The translations under genes were made by a program, and so were the position numbers. Shown piece after piece: positions 30,260 through 44,157 of a DNA stretch of 64,000 bases. Numbering within the stretch: the first letter of the stretch is position 1; the number at the start of each line of letters is the position of its first letter. The notes beneath the pieces were generated by a model. The model did not search any database, was not told the DNA's origin, and saw nothing but the letters and a program-made list of their open reading frames with translations. The DNA lies in NCBI RefSeq assembly GCF_030013205.1, contig NZ_CP122648.1; one strand, written 5' to 3'. The DNA comes from Escherichia coli (lineage in GTDB: Bacteria; Pseudomonadota; Gammaproteobacteria; Enterobacterales; Enterobacteriaceae).

Positions 30260-32908
30260 ATGACAGATGTAACGATTAAAACGCTGGCCGCAGAGCGACA
30301 GACCTCCGTGGAACGCCTGGTACAGCAATTTGCTGATGCAGGTATCCGGAAGTCTGCTGACGACTCTGTGTCCGCACAAGAGAAACAGACTTTGATTGAC
30401 CACCTGAATCAGAAAAATTCAGGCCCGGACAAATTGACGCTGCAACGTAAAACACGCAGCACCCTTAACATTCCTGGTACCGGTGGAAAAAGCAAATCGG
30501 TACAAATCGAAGTCCGCAAGAAACGCACCTTTGTGAAACGCGATCCGCAAGAGGCTGAACGCCTTGCTGCGGAAGAGCAAGCCCGTCGTGAGGCAGAAGA
30601 ATCGGCTAAACGCGAGGCGCAACAAAAAGCTGAACGTGAGGCCGCAGAACAAGCTAAGCGTGAAGCTGCTGAACAAGCGAAACGTGAAGCTGCGGAAAAA
30701 GACAAAGTGAGCAATCAACAAGACGATATGACTAAAAACGCCCAGGCTGAAAAAGCCCGCCGTGAGCAGGAAGCTGCAGAGCTCAAGCGTAAAGCCGAAG
30801 AAGAAGCGCGTCGTAAACTCGAAGAAGAAGCACGTCGCGTTGCTGAAGAAGCACGTCGTATGGCGGAAGAAAACAAATGGACTGATAACGCGGAACCGAC
30901 TGAAGATTCCAGCGATTATCACGTCACTACTTCTCAACATGCTCGCCAGGCAGAAGACGAAAGCGATCGTGAAGTCGAAGGCGGCCGTGGCCGTGGTCGT
31001 AACGCGAAAGCTGCGCGTCCGAAGAAAGGCAACAAACACGCTGAATCAAAAGCTGATCGTGAAGAAGCACGCGCAGCAGTACGTGGCGGTAAGGGCGGAA
31101 AACGTAAAGGTTCTTCGCTGCAGCAAGGCTTCCAGAAGCCTGCTCAGGCCGTTAACCGTGACGTTGTGATCGGCGAAACCATCACCGTTGGCGAACTGGC
31201 GAACAAGATGGCGGTTAAAGGCTCTCAGGTCATCAAAGCGATGATGAAACTGGGCGCAATGGCAACCATCAACCAGGTTATCGATCAGGAAACCGCACAG
31301 CTGGTTGCTGAAGAGATGGGCCACAAAGTTATCCTGCGTCGTGAAAACGAGCTGGAAGAAGCGGTAATGAGCGACCGTGACACGGGTGCAGCGGCTGAAC
31401 CGCGCGCGCCGGTTGTGACCATCATGGGTCACGTTGACCACGGTAAAACCTCTCTGCTGGACTACATTCGTTCAACGAAAGTGGCCTCTGGCGAAGCGGG
31501 CGGTATTACCCAGCACATTGGTGCATACCACGTTGAAACTGAAAACGGCATGATCACCTTCCTGGACACCCCGGGGCACGCCGCGTTTACTTCAATGCGT
31601 GCTCGTGGTGCGCAGGCAACGGACATCGTAGTCCTGGTTGTTGCTGCCGACGACGGCGTAATGCCGCAGACCATCGAAGCAATCCAGCACGCGAAAGCGG
31701 CGCAGGTTCCGGTGGTCGTTGCAGTGAACAAGATCGATAAACCAGAAGCCGATCCGGATCGCGTTAAGAACGAACTCTCCCAGTACGGCATCTTGCCGGA
31801 AGAGTGGGGCGGTGAAAGCCAGTTCGTACATGTGTCTGCGAAAGCGGGTACTGGTATCGATGAGCTGCTGGACGCTATCCTGCTGCAGGCGGAAGTTCTG
31901 GAACTGAAAGCGGTACGTAAAGGCATGGCGAGCGGTGCGGTTATCGAATCCTTCCTCGATAAAGGTCGTGGTCCGGTTGCTACCGTTCTGGTACGTGAAG
32001 GTACTCTGCACAAGGGCGATATCGTTCTGTGTGGCTTCGAATACGGTCGTGTTCGTGCGATGCGTAACGAACTGGGTCAGGAAGTGCTGGAAGCGGGTCC
32101 GTCCATTCCGGTGGAAATCCTCGGCCTGTCCGGCGTTCCGGCTGCGGGTGATGAAGTTACCGTTGTACGTGACGAGAAGAAAGCGCGTGAAGTTGCACTC
32201 TATCGTCAGGGTAAATTCCGCGAAGTTAAACTGGCGCGTCAGCAGAAATCTAAACTCGAGAACATGTTCGCCAACATGACCGAAGGCGAAGTTCACGAAG
32301 TGAATATCGTCCTTAAGGCAGACGTACAGGGTTCTGTGGAAGCTATCTCCGACTCCTTGCTGAAACTGTCTACTGACGAAGTTAAAGTGAAGATCATCGG
32401 TTCTGGCGTAGGTGGTATCACCGAAACCGACGCTACCCTGGCTGCGGCGTCCAACGCCATCCTGGTTGGCTTCAACGTACGTGCTGATGCCTCTGCACGT
32501 AAAGTGATTGAAGCGGAAAGCTTGGATCTGCGTTACTACTCCGTCATCTATAACCTGATCGACGAAGTGAAAGCGGCAATGAGCGGTATGCTGTCTCCGG
32601 AACTGAAACAACAGATTATCGGTCTGGCGGAAGTTCGTGACGTATTCAAATCACCGAAATTTGGTGCCATCGCAGGTTGTATGGTTACCGAAGGTGTGGT
32701 TAAACGTCACAACCCGATCCGCGTTCTGCGCGACAACGTGGTTATCTACGAAGGCGAGCTGGAGTCCCTGCGCCGCTTCAAAGATGACGTTAACGAAGTC
32801 CGTAACGGTATGGAATGTGGTATCGGCGTTAAGAACTACAACGACGTCCGCACTGGCGATGTGATCGAAGTATTCGAAATCATCGAAATCCAACGTACCA
32901 TCGCTTAA
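30260..32908 (+). CDS. infB: Translation initiation factor IF-2
   Basis: 882 aa; GTP-binding motifs GHVDHGKTS and DTPGH; Glu/Ala/Arg-rich N-terminal repeats. Confidence 0.95.
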   Translation: MTDVTIKTLAAERQTSVERLVQQFADAGIRKSADDSVSAQEKQTLIDHLNQKNSGPDKLTLQRKTRSTLNIPGTGGKSKSVQIEVRKKRTFVKRDPQEAERLAAEEQARREAEESAKREAQQKAEREAAEQAKREAAEQAKREAAEKDKVSNQQDDMTKNAQAEKARREQEAAELKRKAEEEARRKLEEEARRVAEEARRMAEENKWTDNAEPTEDSSDYHVTTSQHARQAEDESDREVEGGRGRGRNAKAARPKKGNKHAESKADREEARAAVRGGKGGKRKGSSLQQGFQKPAQAVNRDVVIGETITVGELANKMAVKGSQVIKAMMKLGAMATINQVIDQETAQLVAEEMGHKVILRRENELEEAVMSDRDTGAAAEPRAPVVTIMGHVDHGKTSLLDYIRSTKVASGEAGGITQHIGAYHVETENGMITFLDTPGHAAFTSMRARGAQATDIVVLVVAADDGVMPQTIEAIQHAKAAQVPVVVAVNKIDKPEADPDRVKNELSQYGILPEEWGGESQFVHVSAKAGTGIDELLDAILLQAEVLELKAVRKGMASGAVIESFLDKGRGPVATVLVREGTLHKGDIVLCGFEYGRVRAMRNELGQEVLEAGPSIPVEILGLSGVPAAGDEVTVVRDEKKAREVALYRQGKFREVKLARQQKSKLENMFANMTEGEVHEVNIVLKADVQGSVEAISDSLLKLSTDEVKVKIIGSGVGGITETDATLAAASNAILVGFNVRADASARKVIEAESLDLRYYSVIYNLIDEVKAAMSGMLSPELKQQIIGLAEVRDVFKSPKFGAIAGCMVTEGVVKRHNPIRVLRDNVVIYEGELESLRRFKDDVNEVRNGMECGIGVKNYNDVRTGDVIEVFEIIEIQRTIA

Positions 32909-32921
32909 GGTTGTCTGGGTT

Positions 32922-32998
32922 GTAGGCCGGATAAGGCTTTTACGCCGCATCCGGCAGCCGTTGCCTGATGCGACGCTAGCGCGTCTTATCAGGCCTAC
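32922..32998. repeat. BIME: two inverted REP units between infB and rbfA
   Basis: GTAGGCCGGATAAGGC..GCATCCGGCA and GCCTGATGCGACGCTAGCGCGTCTTATCAGGCCTAC. Confidence 0.8.
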
Positions 32999-33026
32999 AC
33001 AGCCCTTTCCACCTGAGATTAATTTT

Positions 33027-33050
33027 AAAAGGGGCTATGGCCCCTTTTTT
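33027..33050 (+). terminator. Hairpin with T-run upstream of rbfA
   Basis: AAAAGGGGCTATGGCCCCTTTTTT. Confidence 0.6.
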
Positions 33051-33066
33051 GTCAGGAGAATTTATT

Positions 33067-33468
33067 ATGGCGAAAGAATTTGGTCGCCCGCAGCGCGTAG
33101 CGCAGGAAATGCAAAAAGAGATCGCTCTCATCCTGCAGCGTGAAATTAAAGATCCTCGTCTGGGCATGATGACCACCGTTTCCGGTGTCGAAATGTCTCG
33201 CGACCTGGCGTATGCCAAAGTATATGTAACGTTCCTCAACGACAAAGATGAAGACGCGGTTAAAGCGGGCATCAAAGCGCTGCAGGAAGCTTCTGGTTTC
33301 ATCCGCAGCCTGCTGGGGAAAGCGATGCGCCTGCGTATCGTGCCGGAACTGACCTTCTTCTACGACAACTCGCTGGTTGAAGGGATGCGCATGTCAAACC
33401 TGGTGACCAGCGTGGTCAAACATGACGAAGAACGTCGTGTTAACCCGGACGACAGCAAGGAGGACTAA
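33067..33468 (+). CDS. rbfA: Ribosome-binding factor A
   Basis: ORF 33037..33468 trimmed to [10 protein letters not shown] (133 aa). Confidence 0.95.
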
Positions 33469-34412
33469 TGAGTCGTCCTCGTCGTCGCGGTCGCGACATT
33501 AACGGCGTGTTGTTGCTGGATAAACCGCAGGGTATGTCCAGCAACGATGCGCTGCAAAAAGTGAAACGGATTTATAACGCCAACCGTGCTGGGCATACCG
33601 GTGCGCTGGACCCGCTGGCAACTGGCATGTTGCCAATTTGCCTCGGGGAAGCGACGAAGTTTTCCCAGTATCTGCTGGACTCCGACAAACGCTATAGGGT
33701 GATTGCGCGTCTTGGACAGCGTACCGATACGTCTGACGCCGACGGACAAATCGTTGAAGAACGTCCGGTAACCTTTAGTGCAGAGCAACTGGCGGCGGCG
33801 CTGGATACTTTCCGTGGCGATATCGAACAGATCCCTTCGATGTATTCAGCACTGAAATACCAGGGCAAAAAACTGTACGAATATGCGCGTCAGGGCATTG
33901 AAGTACCGCGTGAAGCGCGCCCGATTACCGTTTATGAATTGCTGTTTATTCGCCACGAAGGCAATGAGCTGGAGCTGGAAATTCACTGCTCAAAAGGCAC
34001 TTATATCCGCACCATCATTGATGACCTGGGTGAAAAACTCGGTTGTGGCGCGCATGTTATTTACCTGCGTCGTCTGGCGGTAAGTAAATATCCGGTTGAA
34101 CGGATGGTGACCCTGGAACATCTGCGTGAACTGGTTGAACAAGCCGAACAGCAGGATATTCCAGCCGCGGAGTTACTTGATCCATTACTGATGCCAATGG
34201 ACAGTCCAGCTTCGGACTACCCGGTGGTGAATCTTCCGTTAACGTCTTCTGTTTACTTCAAAAATGGTAACCCGGTTCGTACATCCGGTGCGCCGCTGGA
34301 AGGACTGGTTCGCGTTACAGAAGGTGAGAACGGCAAGTTTATCGGTATGGGCGAAATTGACGATGAAGGCCGCGTCGCGCCTCGTCGCCTGGTGGTTGAA
34401 TACCCGGCGTAA
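33468..34412 (+). CDS. truB: tRNA pseudouridine-55 synthase
   Basis: 314 aa; catalytic motif HTGALD. Confidence 0.95.
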
Positions 34413-34464
34413 TGTTAACCGTCTTGCGATAACAGGTCGCTACGAGTAGAATACTGCCGCTTAA

Positions 34465-34830
<366 letters not shown>

Positions 34831-34846
34831 TTCTTGCGAGTTTCAG

Positions 34847-34875
34847 AAAAGGGGGCCTGAGTGGCCCCTTTTTTC
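34847..34875 (+). terminator. rpsO rho-independent terminator
   Basis: AAAAGGGGGCCTGAGTGGCCCCTTTTTT. Confidence 0.8.
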
Positions 34876-35076
34876 AAGCTGACGGCAGCAATTCACTGGA
34901 AACTAATGTATTGTTGCTATGAATGATCTTCCGTTGCAGAGGTTCGCGCGGCTAATGAGAGGCTTTACCCACATTGGGCTGGGTTAGGGTTGTCATTAGT
35001 CGCGAGGATGCGCAGAAGATCGGGTATTAACACCAGTGCCGTAAGGTACTGTCTAAGAAAGAGAAAGGATATTACA
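34876..35076 (+). promoter_or_regulatory. pnp leader region (promoter and autoregulatory RNase III-processed leader)
   Basis: About 200-nt untranslated region between the rpsO terminator and the pnp UUG start; role assigned from established knowledge of pnp autoregulation, hairpin not mapped here. Confidence 0.45.
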
Positions 35077-37212
35077 TTGCTTAATCCGATCGTTCGTAAA
35101 TTCCAGTACGGTCAACACACCGTGACTCTGGAAACCGGCATGATGGCTCGTCAGGCTACTGCTGCTGTTATGGTTAGCATGGATGACACCGCGGTATTCG
35201 TTACCGTTGTTGGTCAGAAAAAAGCCAAACCAGGTCAGGACTTCTTCCCACTGACCGTTAACTATCAGGAGCGTACCTACGCTGCTGGTCGTATCCCGGG
35301 TAGCTTCTTCCGTCGTGAAGGCCGCCCAAGCGAAGGCGAAACCCTGATCGCGCGTCTGATTGACCGCCCGATTCGCCCGCTGTTCCCGGAAGGCTTCGTC
35401 AACGAAGTTCAGGTTATCGCCACCGTGGTTTCTGTTAACCCGCAGGTTAACCCGGATATCGTCGCGATGATTGGTGCTTCCGCAGCACTGTCTCTGTCTG
35501 GTATTCCGTTCAATGGTCCGATTGGTGCTGCCCGCGTAGGTTACATCAATGACCAGTACGTACTGAACCCGACTCAGGACGAGCTGAAAGAGAGCAAACT
35601 GGATCTGGTTGTTGCCGGTACTGAAGCCGCTGTACTGATGGTTGAATCTGAAGCTGAACTGCTGAGCGAAGACCAGATGTTGGGCGCAGTAGTGTTCGGT
35701 CATGAACAACAGCAGGTTGTCATTCAGAACATCAATGAACTGGTGAAAGAAGCCGGTAAACCGCGTTGGGACTGGCAGCCGGAGCCGGTAAACGAAGCGC
35801 TGAACGCGCGCGTTGCTGCACTGGCTGAAGCTCGTCTGAGCGATGCTTACCGCATAACCGACAAACAAGAGCGTTATGCGCAGGTTGATGTCATCAAATC
35901 TGAAACCATCGCGACGCTGCTTGCTGAAGATGAAACCCTGGACGAAAACGAACTGGGTGAAATTCTGCACGCTATCGAGAAAAACGTTGTTCGTAGCCGC
36001 GTACTGGCAGGCGAACCGCGTATCGACGGTCGTGAAAAAGATATGATTCGTGGTCTGGATGTGCGTACTGGCGTGCTGCCGCGTACTCACGGTTCTGCGC
36101 TGTTCACCCGTGGTGAAACTCAGGCGCTGGTTACCGCAACGCTGGGTACTGCACGTGACGCGCAGGTTCTTGATGAACTGATGGGCGAACGTACTGACAC
36201 CTTCCTGTTCCACTACAACTTCCCTCCGTACTCCGTAGGCGAAACCGGCATGGTCGGTTCTCCGAAGCGTCGTGAAATTGGTCACGGTCGTCTGGCGAAG
36301 CGCGGCGTGCTGGCAGTCATGCCGGATATGGACAAATTCCCGTACACCGTACGTGTTGTGTCTGAAATCACTGAATCCAACGGTTCCTCTTCTATGGCTT
36401 CCGTGTGCGGCGCGTCTCTGGCGCTGATGGACGCAGGTGTGCCGATCAAAGCTGCTGTTGCGGGTATCGCAATGGGTCTGGTGAAAGAAGGCGACAACTA
36501 CGTTGTACTGTCTGACATTTTGGGCGACGAAGATCACCTGGGCGATATGGACTTCAAAGTTGCGGGTTCCCGCGACGGTATCTCTGCATTGCAGATGGAT
36601 ATCAAAATTGAAGGTATCACCAAAGAGATCATGCAGGTTGCGCTGAACCAGGCTAAAGGTGCGCGTCTGCATATCCTGGGCGTAATGGAACAGGCGATCA
36701 ACGCGCCGCGTGGCGATATCTCTGAGTTCGCTCCGCGTATCCATACCATCAAGATCAACCCGGACAAGATCAAAGACGTTATCGGTAAAGGCGGTTCTGT
36801 TATCCGTGCTCTGACCGAAGAAACTGGCACCACCATCGAAATCGAAGATGACGGTACTGTGAAAATCGCAGCGACCGACGGCGAGAAAGCGAAACATGCT
36901 ATTCGTCGTATCGAAGAGATCACTGCAGAAATCGAAGTGGGCCGCGTCTACAATGGTAAAGTGACCCGTATCGTTGACTTTGGCGCATTTGTTGCCATCG
37001 GCGGCGGTAAAGAAGGTCTGGTACACATCTCTCAGATCGCTGACAAACGCGTTGAGAAAGTGAACGATTACCTGCAGATGGGTCAGGAAGTACCGGTGAA
37101 AGTTCTGGAAGTTGATCGCCAGGGCCGTATCCGTCTGAGCATTAAAGAAGCGACTGAGCAGTCTCAACCTGCTGCAGCACCGGAAGCTCCGGCTGCTGAA
37201 CAGGGCGAGTAA
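35077..37212 (+). CDS. pnp: Polynucleotide phosphorylase
   Basis: 711 aa from the TTG at 35077 ([12 protein letters not shown]); RNase PH, KH and S1 domains; ORF track starts at an upstream in-frame ATG. Confidence 0.95.
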   Translation: MLNPIVRKFQYGQHTVTLETGMMARQATAAVMVSMDDTAVFVTVVGQKKAKPGQDFFPLTVNYQERTYAAGRIPGSFFRREGRPSEGETLIARLIDRPIRPLFPEGFVNEVQVIATVVSVNPQVNPDIVAMIGASAALSLSGIPFNGPIGAARVGYINDQYVLNPTQDELKESKLDLVVAGTEAAVLMVESEAELLSEDQMLGAVVFGHEQQQVVIQNINELVKEAGKPRWDWQPEPVNEALNARVAALAEARLSDAYRITDKQERYAQVDVIKSETIATLLAEDETLDENELGEILHAIEKNVVRSRVLAGEPRIDGREKDMIRGLDVRTGVLPRTHGSALFTRGETQALVTATLGTARDAQVLDELMGERTDTFLFHYNFPPYSVGETGMVGSPKRREIGHGRLAKRGVLAVMPDMDKFPYTVRVVSEITESNGSSSMASVCGASLALMDAGVPIKAAVAGIAMGLVKEGDNYVVLSDILGDEDHLGDMDFKVAGSRDGISALQMDIKIEGITKEIMQVALNQAKGARLHILGVMEQAINAPRGDISEFAPRIHTIKINPDKIKDVIGKGGSVIRALTEETGTTIEIEDDGTVKIAATDGEKAKHAIRRIEEITAEIEVGRVYNGKVTRIVDFGAFVAIGGGKEGLVHISQIADKRVEKVNDYLQMGQEVPVKVLEVDRQGRIRLSIKEATEQSQPAAAPEAPAAEQGE

Positions 37213-37320
37213 GGTTGCCATTTGCCCTCCGCTGCGGCGGGGGGCTTTTAACCGGGCAGGACGCCTTGTTAGCAACCGGGAACAGGACGTTCATTCAACC
37301 GTGGTCTTCGGGAGTGGGAA

Positions 37321-38205
37321 ATGAAGCCTTTTTTGCGCTGGTGTTTCGTTGCGACAGCACTTACGCTTGCAGGATGCAGTAATACTTCCTGGCGTAAAAG
37401 TGAAGTCCTCGCGGTACCATTGCAACCGACTTTACAGCAGGAAGTGATTCTGGCACGTATGGAACAAATCCTTGCCAGTCGGGCTTTAACCGATGACGAA
37501 CGCGCACAGCTTTTATATGAGCGCGGAGTGTTGTATGATAGTCTCGGTCTGAGGGCATTAGCGCGTAACGATTTTTCGCAAGCGCTGGCAATCCGACCGG
37601 ATATGCCTGAAGTATTCAATTACTTAGGCATATATTTAACGCAGGCAGGCAATTTTGATGCTGCCTATGAAGCGTTTGATTCTGTACTTGAGCTTGATCC
37701 AACTTACAACTACGCGCACTTGAATCGCGGGATCGCATTATATTACGGCGGTCGTGACAAGTTAGCGCAAGATGATCTGCTGGCGTTTTATCAAGACGAT
37801 CCCAATGATCCTTTCCGTAGTCTGTGGCTTTATCTCGCCGAGCAGAAGCTCGATGAGAAGCAGGCTAAAGAAGTGTTGAAACAGCACTTCGAAAAATCGG
37901 ATAAGGAACAGTGGGGATGGAACATTGTCGAGTTCTACCTGGGCAACATTAGCGAACAAACGTTAATGGAAAGGCTCAAGGCGGACGCAACGGATAACAC
38001 CTCGCTCGCTGAGCATCTCAGTGAAACCAACTTCTATTTAGGTAAGTACTACCTAAGTCTGGGGGATTTGGACAGCGCCACGGCACTGTTCAAACTGGCG
38101 GTTGCCAACAACGTTCATAACTTTGTTGAGCACCGATACGCATTGTTGGAATTATCGCTCCTGGGCCAGGACCAAGATGACCTGGCAGAATCGGACCAGC
38201 AATAG
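37321..38205 (+). CDS. nlpI: TPR-repeat lipoprotein NlpI
   Basis: 294 aa; lipobox LTLAGC. Confidence 0.95.
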
Positions 38206-38384
38206 CTGACGTACACATCAGCCCGTAATCTTTTTTGATTGCCATCACCTTAACGGGTGAGGGCGTTGTTGTTCGTTAATACACCTACTTTGAGCCGGTT
38301 CACACTTTTCAATGAAAATTGCTGATCAATTTCATGATGAGTTATGTAGACTGGCCGCCATTAATTTTGAGGCACACGTACTAC

Positions 38385-40274
38385 ATGGCTGAATTCGAAA
38401 CCACTTTTGCAGATCTGGGCCTGAAGGCTCCTATCCTTGAAGCCCTTAACGATCTGGGTTACGAAAAACCATCTCCAATTCAGGCAGAGTGTATTCCACA
38501 TCTGCTGAATGGCCGCGACGTCCTGGGTATGGCCCAGACGGGGAGCGGAAAAACTGCAGCATTCTCTTTACCTCTGCTGCAGAATCTTGATCCTGAGCTG
38601 AAAGCACCACAGATTCTGGTGTTGGCACCGACCCGCGAACTGGCGGTACAGGTTGCTGAGGCAATGACGGATTTCTCTAAACACATGCGCGGCGTAAACG
38701 TGGTTGCCCTGTACGGCGGCCAGCGTTATGACGTGCAATTACGCGCCCTGCGTCAGGGGCCGCAGATCGTTGTCGGTACTCCGGGCCGTCTGCTGGATCA
38801 CCTGAAACGTGGCACTCTGGACCTTTCTAAACTGAGCGGTCTAGTTCTGGATGAAGCTGACGAAATGCTGCGCATGGGCTTCATCGAAGACGTTGAAACT
38901 ATTATGGCGCAGATCCCGGAAGGTCATCAGACCGCTCTGTTCTCTGCAACCATGCCGGAAGCGATTCGTCGCATTACCCGCCGCTTTATGAAAGAGCCGC
39001 AGGAAGTGCGCATTCAGTCCAGCGTGACTACCCGTCCTGACATCAGCCAGAGCTACTGGACTGTCTGGGGTATGCGTAAAAACGAAGCACTGGTACGTTT
39101 CCTGGAAGCGGAAGATTTTGATGCGGCGATTATCTTCGTTCGTACCAAAAATGCGACTCTGGAAGTGGCTGAAGCTCTTGAGCGTAACGGCTACAACAGC
39201 GCCGCGCTGAACGGTGACATGAACCAGGCGCTGCGTGAGCAGACACTGGAACGACTGAAAGATGGTCGTCTGGACATCCTGATTGCGACCGACGTTGCGG
39301 CCCGTGGCCTGGACGTTGAGCGTATCAGCCTGGTAGTTAACTACGATATCCCGATGGATTCTGAGTCTTACGTTCACCGTATCGGTCGTACTGGTCGTGC
39401 GGGCCGTGCTGGCCGTGCGCTGCTGTTCGTTGAGAACCGTGAGCGTCGTCTGCTGCGTAACATTGAACGCACCATGAAGCTGACCATTCCGGAAGTTGAA
39501 CTGCCGAACGCAGAACTGCTGGGCAAACGTCGTCTGGAAAAATTCGCCGCTAAAGTACAGCAGCAGCTGGAAAGCAGCGATCTGGATCAATACCGTGCAC
39601 TGCTGAGCAAAATTCAGCCGACGGCAGAAGGTGAAGAGCTGGATCTCGAAACTCTGGCCGCCGCACTGCTGAAAATGGCACAGGGTGAACGTACTCTGAT
39701 TGTTCCGCCAGATGCGCCGATGCGTCCGAAACGTGAATTCCGTGACCGTGATGACCGTGGTCCGCGCGATCGTAACGACCGTGGCCCGCGTGGTGACCGT
39801 GAAGATCGTCCGCGTCGTGAACGTCGTGATGTTGGCGATATGCAGCTGTACCGCATTGAAGTGGGCCGCGATGATGGTGTTGAAGTTCGTCATATCGTTG
39901 GCGCGATTGCTAACGAAGGCGACATCAGCAGCCGTTACATTGGTAACATCAAGCTGTTTGCTTCTCACTCCACCATCGAACTGCCGAAAGGTATGCCGGG
40001 TGAAGTGCTGCAACACTTTACGCGCACTCGCATTCTCAACAAGCCGATGAACATGCAGTTACTGGGCGATGCACAGCCGCATACTGGCGGTGAGCGTCGT
40101 GGCGGTGGTCGTGGTTTCGGTGGCGAACGTCGTGAAGGCGGTCGTAACTTCAGCGGTGAACGCCGTGAAGGTGGTCGTGGTGATGGTCGTCGTTTTAGCG
40201 GCGAACGTCGTGAAGGCCGCGCTCCGCGTCGTGATGACTCTACCGGTCGTCGTCGTTTCGGTGGTGATGCGTAA
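38385..40274 (+). CDS. deaD: Cold-shock DEAD-box RNA helicase
   Basis: ORF 38319..40274 trimmed to [11 protein letters not shown] (629 aa); DEAD box LDEADEM; Arg/Gly/Asp-rich C-terminal repeats. Confidence 0.95.
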
Positions 40275-40316
40275 TCATCGCTAAACAGCGAACACAATCT
40301 GTAAAATAATATATAC

Positions 40317-40349
40317 AGCCCCGATTTTTACCATCGGGGCTTTTTTTTT
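40317..40349 (+). terminator. Rho-independent terminator after deaD
   Basis: CAGCCCCGATTTTTACCATCGGGGCTTTTTTTTT. Confidence 0.8.
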
Positions 40350-40427
40350 GTCTTTTGTACTCGTGTACTGGTACAGTGCGGTGCATAACAACGCAGTCGC
40401 ACTATTTTTCACTGGAGAGAAGCCCTC

Positions 40428-41672
40428 ATGGCAACACTAACCACCACCCAAACGTCACCGTCGCTGCTTGGCGGCGTGGTGATCATCGGCGGTACCATTA
40501 TTGGCGCAGGGATGTTTTCTCTGCCTGTGGTCATGTCCGGGGCGTGGTTCTTCTGGTCAATGGCGGCGCTGATCTTTACCTGGTTCTGTATGCTGCATTC
40601 CGGCTTGATGATTCTGGAAGCTAACCTGAATTATCGAATCGGTTCTAGCTTTGACACCATCACCAAAGATTTGCTGGGCAAAGGCTGGAACGTAGTCAAC
40701 GGCATTTCCATTGCCTTTGTGCTCTATATCCTGACTTACGCCTATATTTCTGCCAGCGGTTCGATTCTGCATCACACCTTCGCGGAGATGTCGCTGAACG
40801 TCCCTGCACGGGCAGCTGGATTTGGTTTTGCACTACTGGTGGCGTTTGTGGTGTGGTTGAGCACCAAAGCGGTCAGCCGGATGACGGCGATTGTGCTGGG
40901 GGCGAAAGTCATTACGTTTTTCCTCACCTTCGGTAGCCTGCTGGGACATGTGCAGCCTGCGACATTGTTCAACGTCGCCGAAAGCAATGCGTCTTATGCA
41001 CCGTATCTGCTGATGACGCTGCCATTCTGTCTGGCATCGTTTGGTTATCACGGTAACGTGCCGAGCCTGATGAAGTATTACGGCAAAGATCCGAAAACCA
41101 TCGTGAAATGCCTGGTGTACGGTACGCTGATGGCGCTGGCGCTGTATACCATCTGGTTGCTGGCGACGATGGGCAACATCCCTCGTCCGGAGTTTATCGG
41201 CATCGCCGAGAAGGGCGGTAATATTGATGTGCTGGTACAGGCATTAAGCGGCGTGCTGAACAGCCGTAGCCTGGACCTTCTGCTGGTCGTGTTCTCAAAC
41301 TTTGCGGTAGCAAGTTCGTTCCTCGGCGTAACGCTGGGTTTGTTTGACTATCTGGCAGATCTGTTTGGTTTTGACGACTCTGCCCTGGGCCGCTTTAAAA
41401 CGGCGTTGCTGACCTTTGCCCCGCCTGTTGTGGGTGGTCTGCTATTTCCGAACGGATTCCTGTATTCCATTGGTTATGCTGGCTTAGCAGCTACTATCTG
41501 GGCAGCAATTGTACCGGCGCTGTTGGCCCGCGCATCGCGTAAACGCTTTGGCAGCCCGAAATTCCGCGTCTGGGGCGGCAAGCCGATGATTGCGCTGATT
41601 CTGGTATTTGGCGTCGGCAACGCACTGGTGCATATTTTATCGAGCTTTAATTTGCTGCCGGTGTATCAGTAA
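40428..41672 (+). CDS. mtr: Tryptophan-specific permease
   Basis: 414 aa, 11-helix aromatic amino acid permease; translation recognised as Mtr. Confidence 0.95.
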   Translation: MATLTTTQTSPSLLGGVVIIGGTIIGAGMFSLPVVMSGAWFFWSMAALIFTWFCMLHSGLMILEANLNYRIGSSFDTITKDLLGKGWNVVNGISIAFVLYILTYAYISASGSILHHTFAEMSLNVPARAAGFGFALLVAFVVWLSTKAVSRMTAIVLGAKVITFFLTFGSLLGHVQPATLFNVAESNASYAPYLLMTLPFCLASFGYHGNVPSLMKYYGKDPKTIVKCLVYGTLMALALYTIWLLATMGNIPRPEFIGIAEKGGNIDVLVQALSGVLNSRSLDLLLVVFSNFAVASSFLGVTLGLFDYLADLFGFDDSALGRFKTALLTFAPPVVGGLLFPNGFLYSIGYAGLAATIWAAIVPALLARASRKRFGSPKFRVWGGKPMIALILVFGVGNALVHILSSFNLLPVYQ

Positions 41673-41680
41673 TCAGCGGT

Positions 41681-43058
<1,378 letters not shown>

Positions 43059-43069
43059 GTTAAAACACA

Positions 43070-44077
43070 CTACCCCAATAATTCTTCCTTCACATCCATC
43101 ACCAGCTCAAACGAATGCAGGCGCGCCTGGTGATCGAAAATCTGCCCGTTAACCATAATCTCATCGGCGTCGGTTTCGCGCAGGATCGACTGCAAGCCGT
43201 GACGCACTTTCGCTTTATCACCCACCAGCGACATACTCAGCGCCTGCTGCACGCCATACTGCTCGGACGGTGACCAGAACTGATCCATATTTTGAATCGG
43301 CGGCGGCAGTTGCCCGGTTTCGCCACGGCGCAGCTTCACAAAGGCTTGCTGCATTGAGGTAAAGAGAAATTCAGCGTCGCGGTTGCTGTCGGCGGCGATA
43401 ATATTGATGCACACCATCGCATACGGTTTTTCCAGCCGTGCCGACGGTTTGAAGTTGCTGCGATAAAGATGCAGCGCCTGGAACAACATATCCGGCGCGA
43501 AGTGTGAGGCAAACGCAAACGGCAGACCAAGCTGCGCCGCCAATTGCGCGCTGTAAAGGCTGGAGCCTAACAACCACACGGGGATTTTCTCGCCATAGCC
43601 TGGTACCGGGCGCACATGCGGATTGGGATCGCGGGCGTCAAACCAGTCCACCAGCTCCGCGACATCGCGGGGAAAATTATCAATATCGCCGCTCATATGA
43701 CGACGTAGAGCCATCATGGTTCGCTGGTCACTACCCGGAGCACGACCCAGCCCCAAATCGATTCGCCCCGGATAGAGCGTATTAAGCGTGCCGAACTGTT
43801 CGGCGATCACCAATGGTGAGTGATTAGGCAACATCACGCCGCCAGACCCCAGATGCAGCGTAGTGGTATTCGCCGCCAGATAGCCAATCAAAACTGATGT
43901 TGCAGCACTGGCAATGCCGGTCATATTGTGGTGTTCCGCCAGCCAGTAGCGATGATAGCCGCGCTTTTCAGCCAGACGGGCGAGGTCGAGAGAGTGGGAG
44001 AACGCTTCTCGCGCTGAAGAACCTTCGGGAATGGGGGCCAGATCGAGTAGCGAAAACGCAATGGTTTTATCAGTCAT
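43070..44077 (-). CDS. yhbW: Luciferase-like (LLM class) flavin-dependent monooxygenase
   Basis: 335 aa ORF recognised as YhbW. Confidence 0.85.
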   Translation of the reverse strand: MTDKTIAFSLLDLAPIPEGSSAREAFSHSLDLARLAEKRGYHRYWLAEHHNMTGIASAATSVLIGYLAANTTTLHLGSGGVMLPNHSPLVIAEQFGTLNTLYPGRIDLGLGRAPGSDQRTMMALRRHMSGDIDNFPRDVAELVDWFDARDPNPHVRPVPGYGEKIPVWLLGSSLYSAQLAAQLGLPFAFASHFAPDMLFQALHLYRSNFKPSARLEKPYAMVCINIIAADSNRDAEFLFTSMQQAFVKLRRGETGQLPPPIQNMDQFWSPSEQYGVQQALSMSLVGDKAKVRHGLQSILRETDADEIMVNGQIFDHQARLHSFELVMDVKEELLG

Positions 44078-44080
44078 AAC

Positions 44081-44150
44081 AGCTCACTTTGTTACCGATT
44101 AATCTTTAATACTGCATTAAAGAGTAGTTAAAGTTGTTAACAAAGTGAGC
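44081..44150. promoter_or_regulatory. 16-bp inverted repeat in the ubiV-yhbW intergenic region
   Basis: AGCTCACTTTGTTACC (44081..44096) and GTTAACAAAGTGAGCT (44135..44150) match 15/16 as reverse complements, 38-bp AT-rich spacer. Confidence 0.4.
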
Positions 44151-44157
44151 TATTTAC

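Noticed and set aside
35053-37275. 740 aa ORF on the minus strand spanning all of pnp
   Set aside because: Antisense shadow ORF of a GC-rich, highly expressed gene; low-complexity Arg/Phe/Thr-rich translation; the plus-strand product is unmistakably PNPase.
38841-40016. 391 aa minus-strand ORF inside deaD
   Set aside because: Antisense shadow ORF; DeaD on the plus strand carries the DEAD-box helicase motifs.
39700-40260. Repetitive CGTGACCGTGA/CGTCGTGAAGG units resembling short direct repeats
   Set aside because: They are in-frame codon repeats encoding the Arg/Asp/Gly-rich C-terminal tail of DeaD, not a CRISPR array or satellite.
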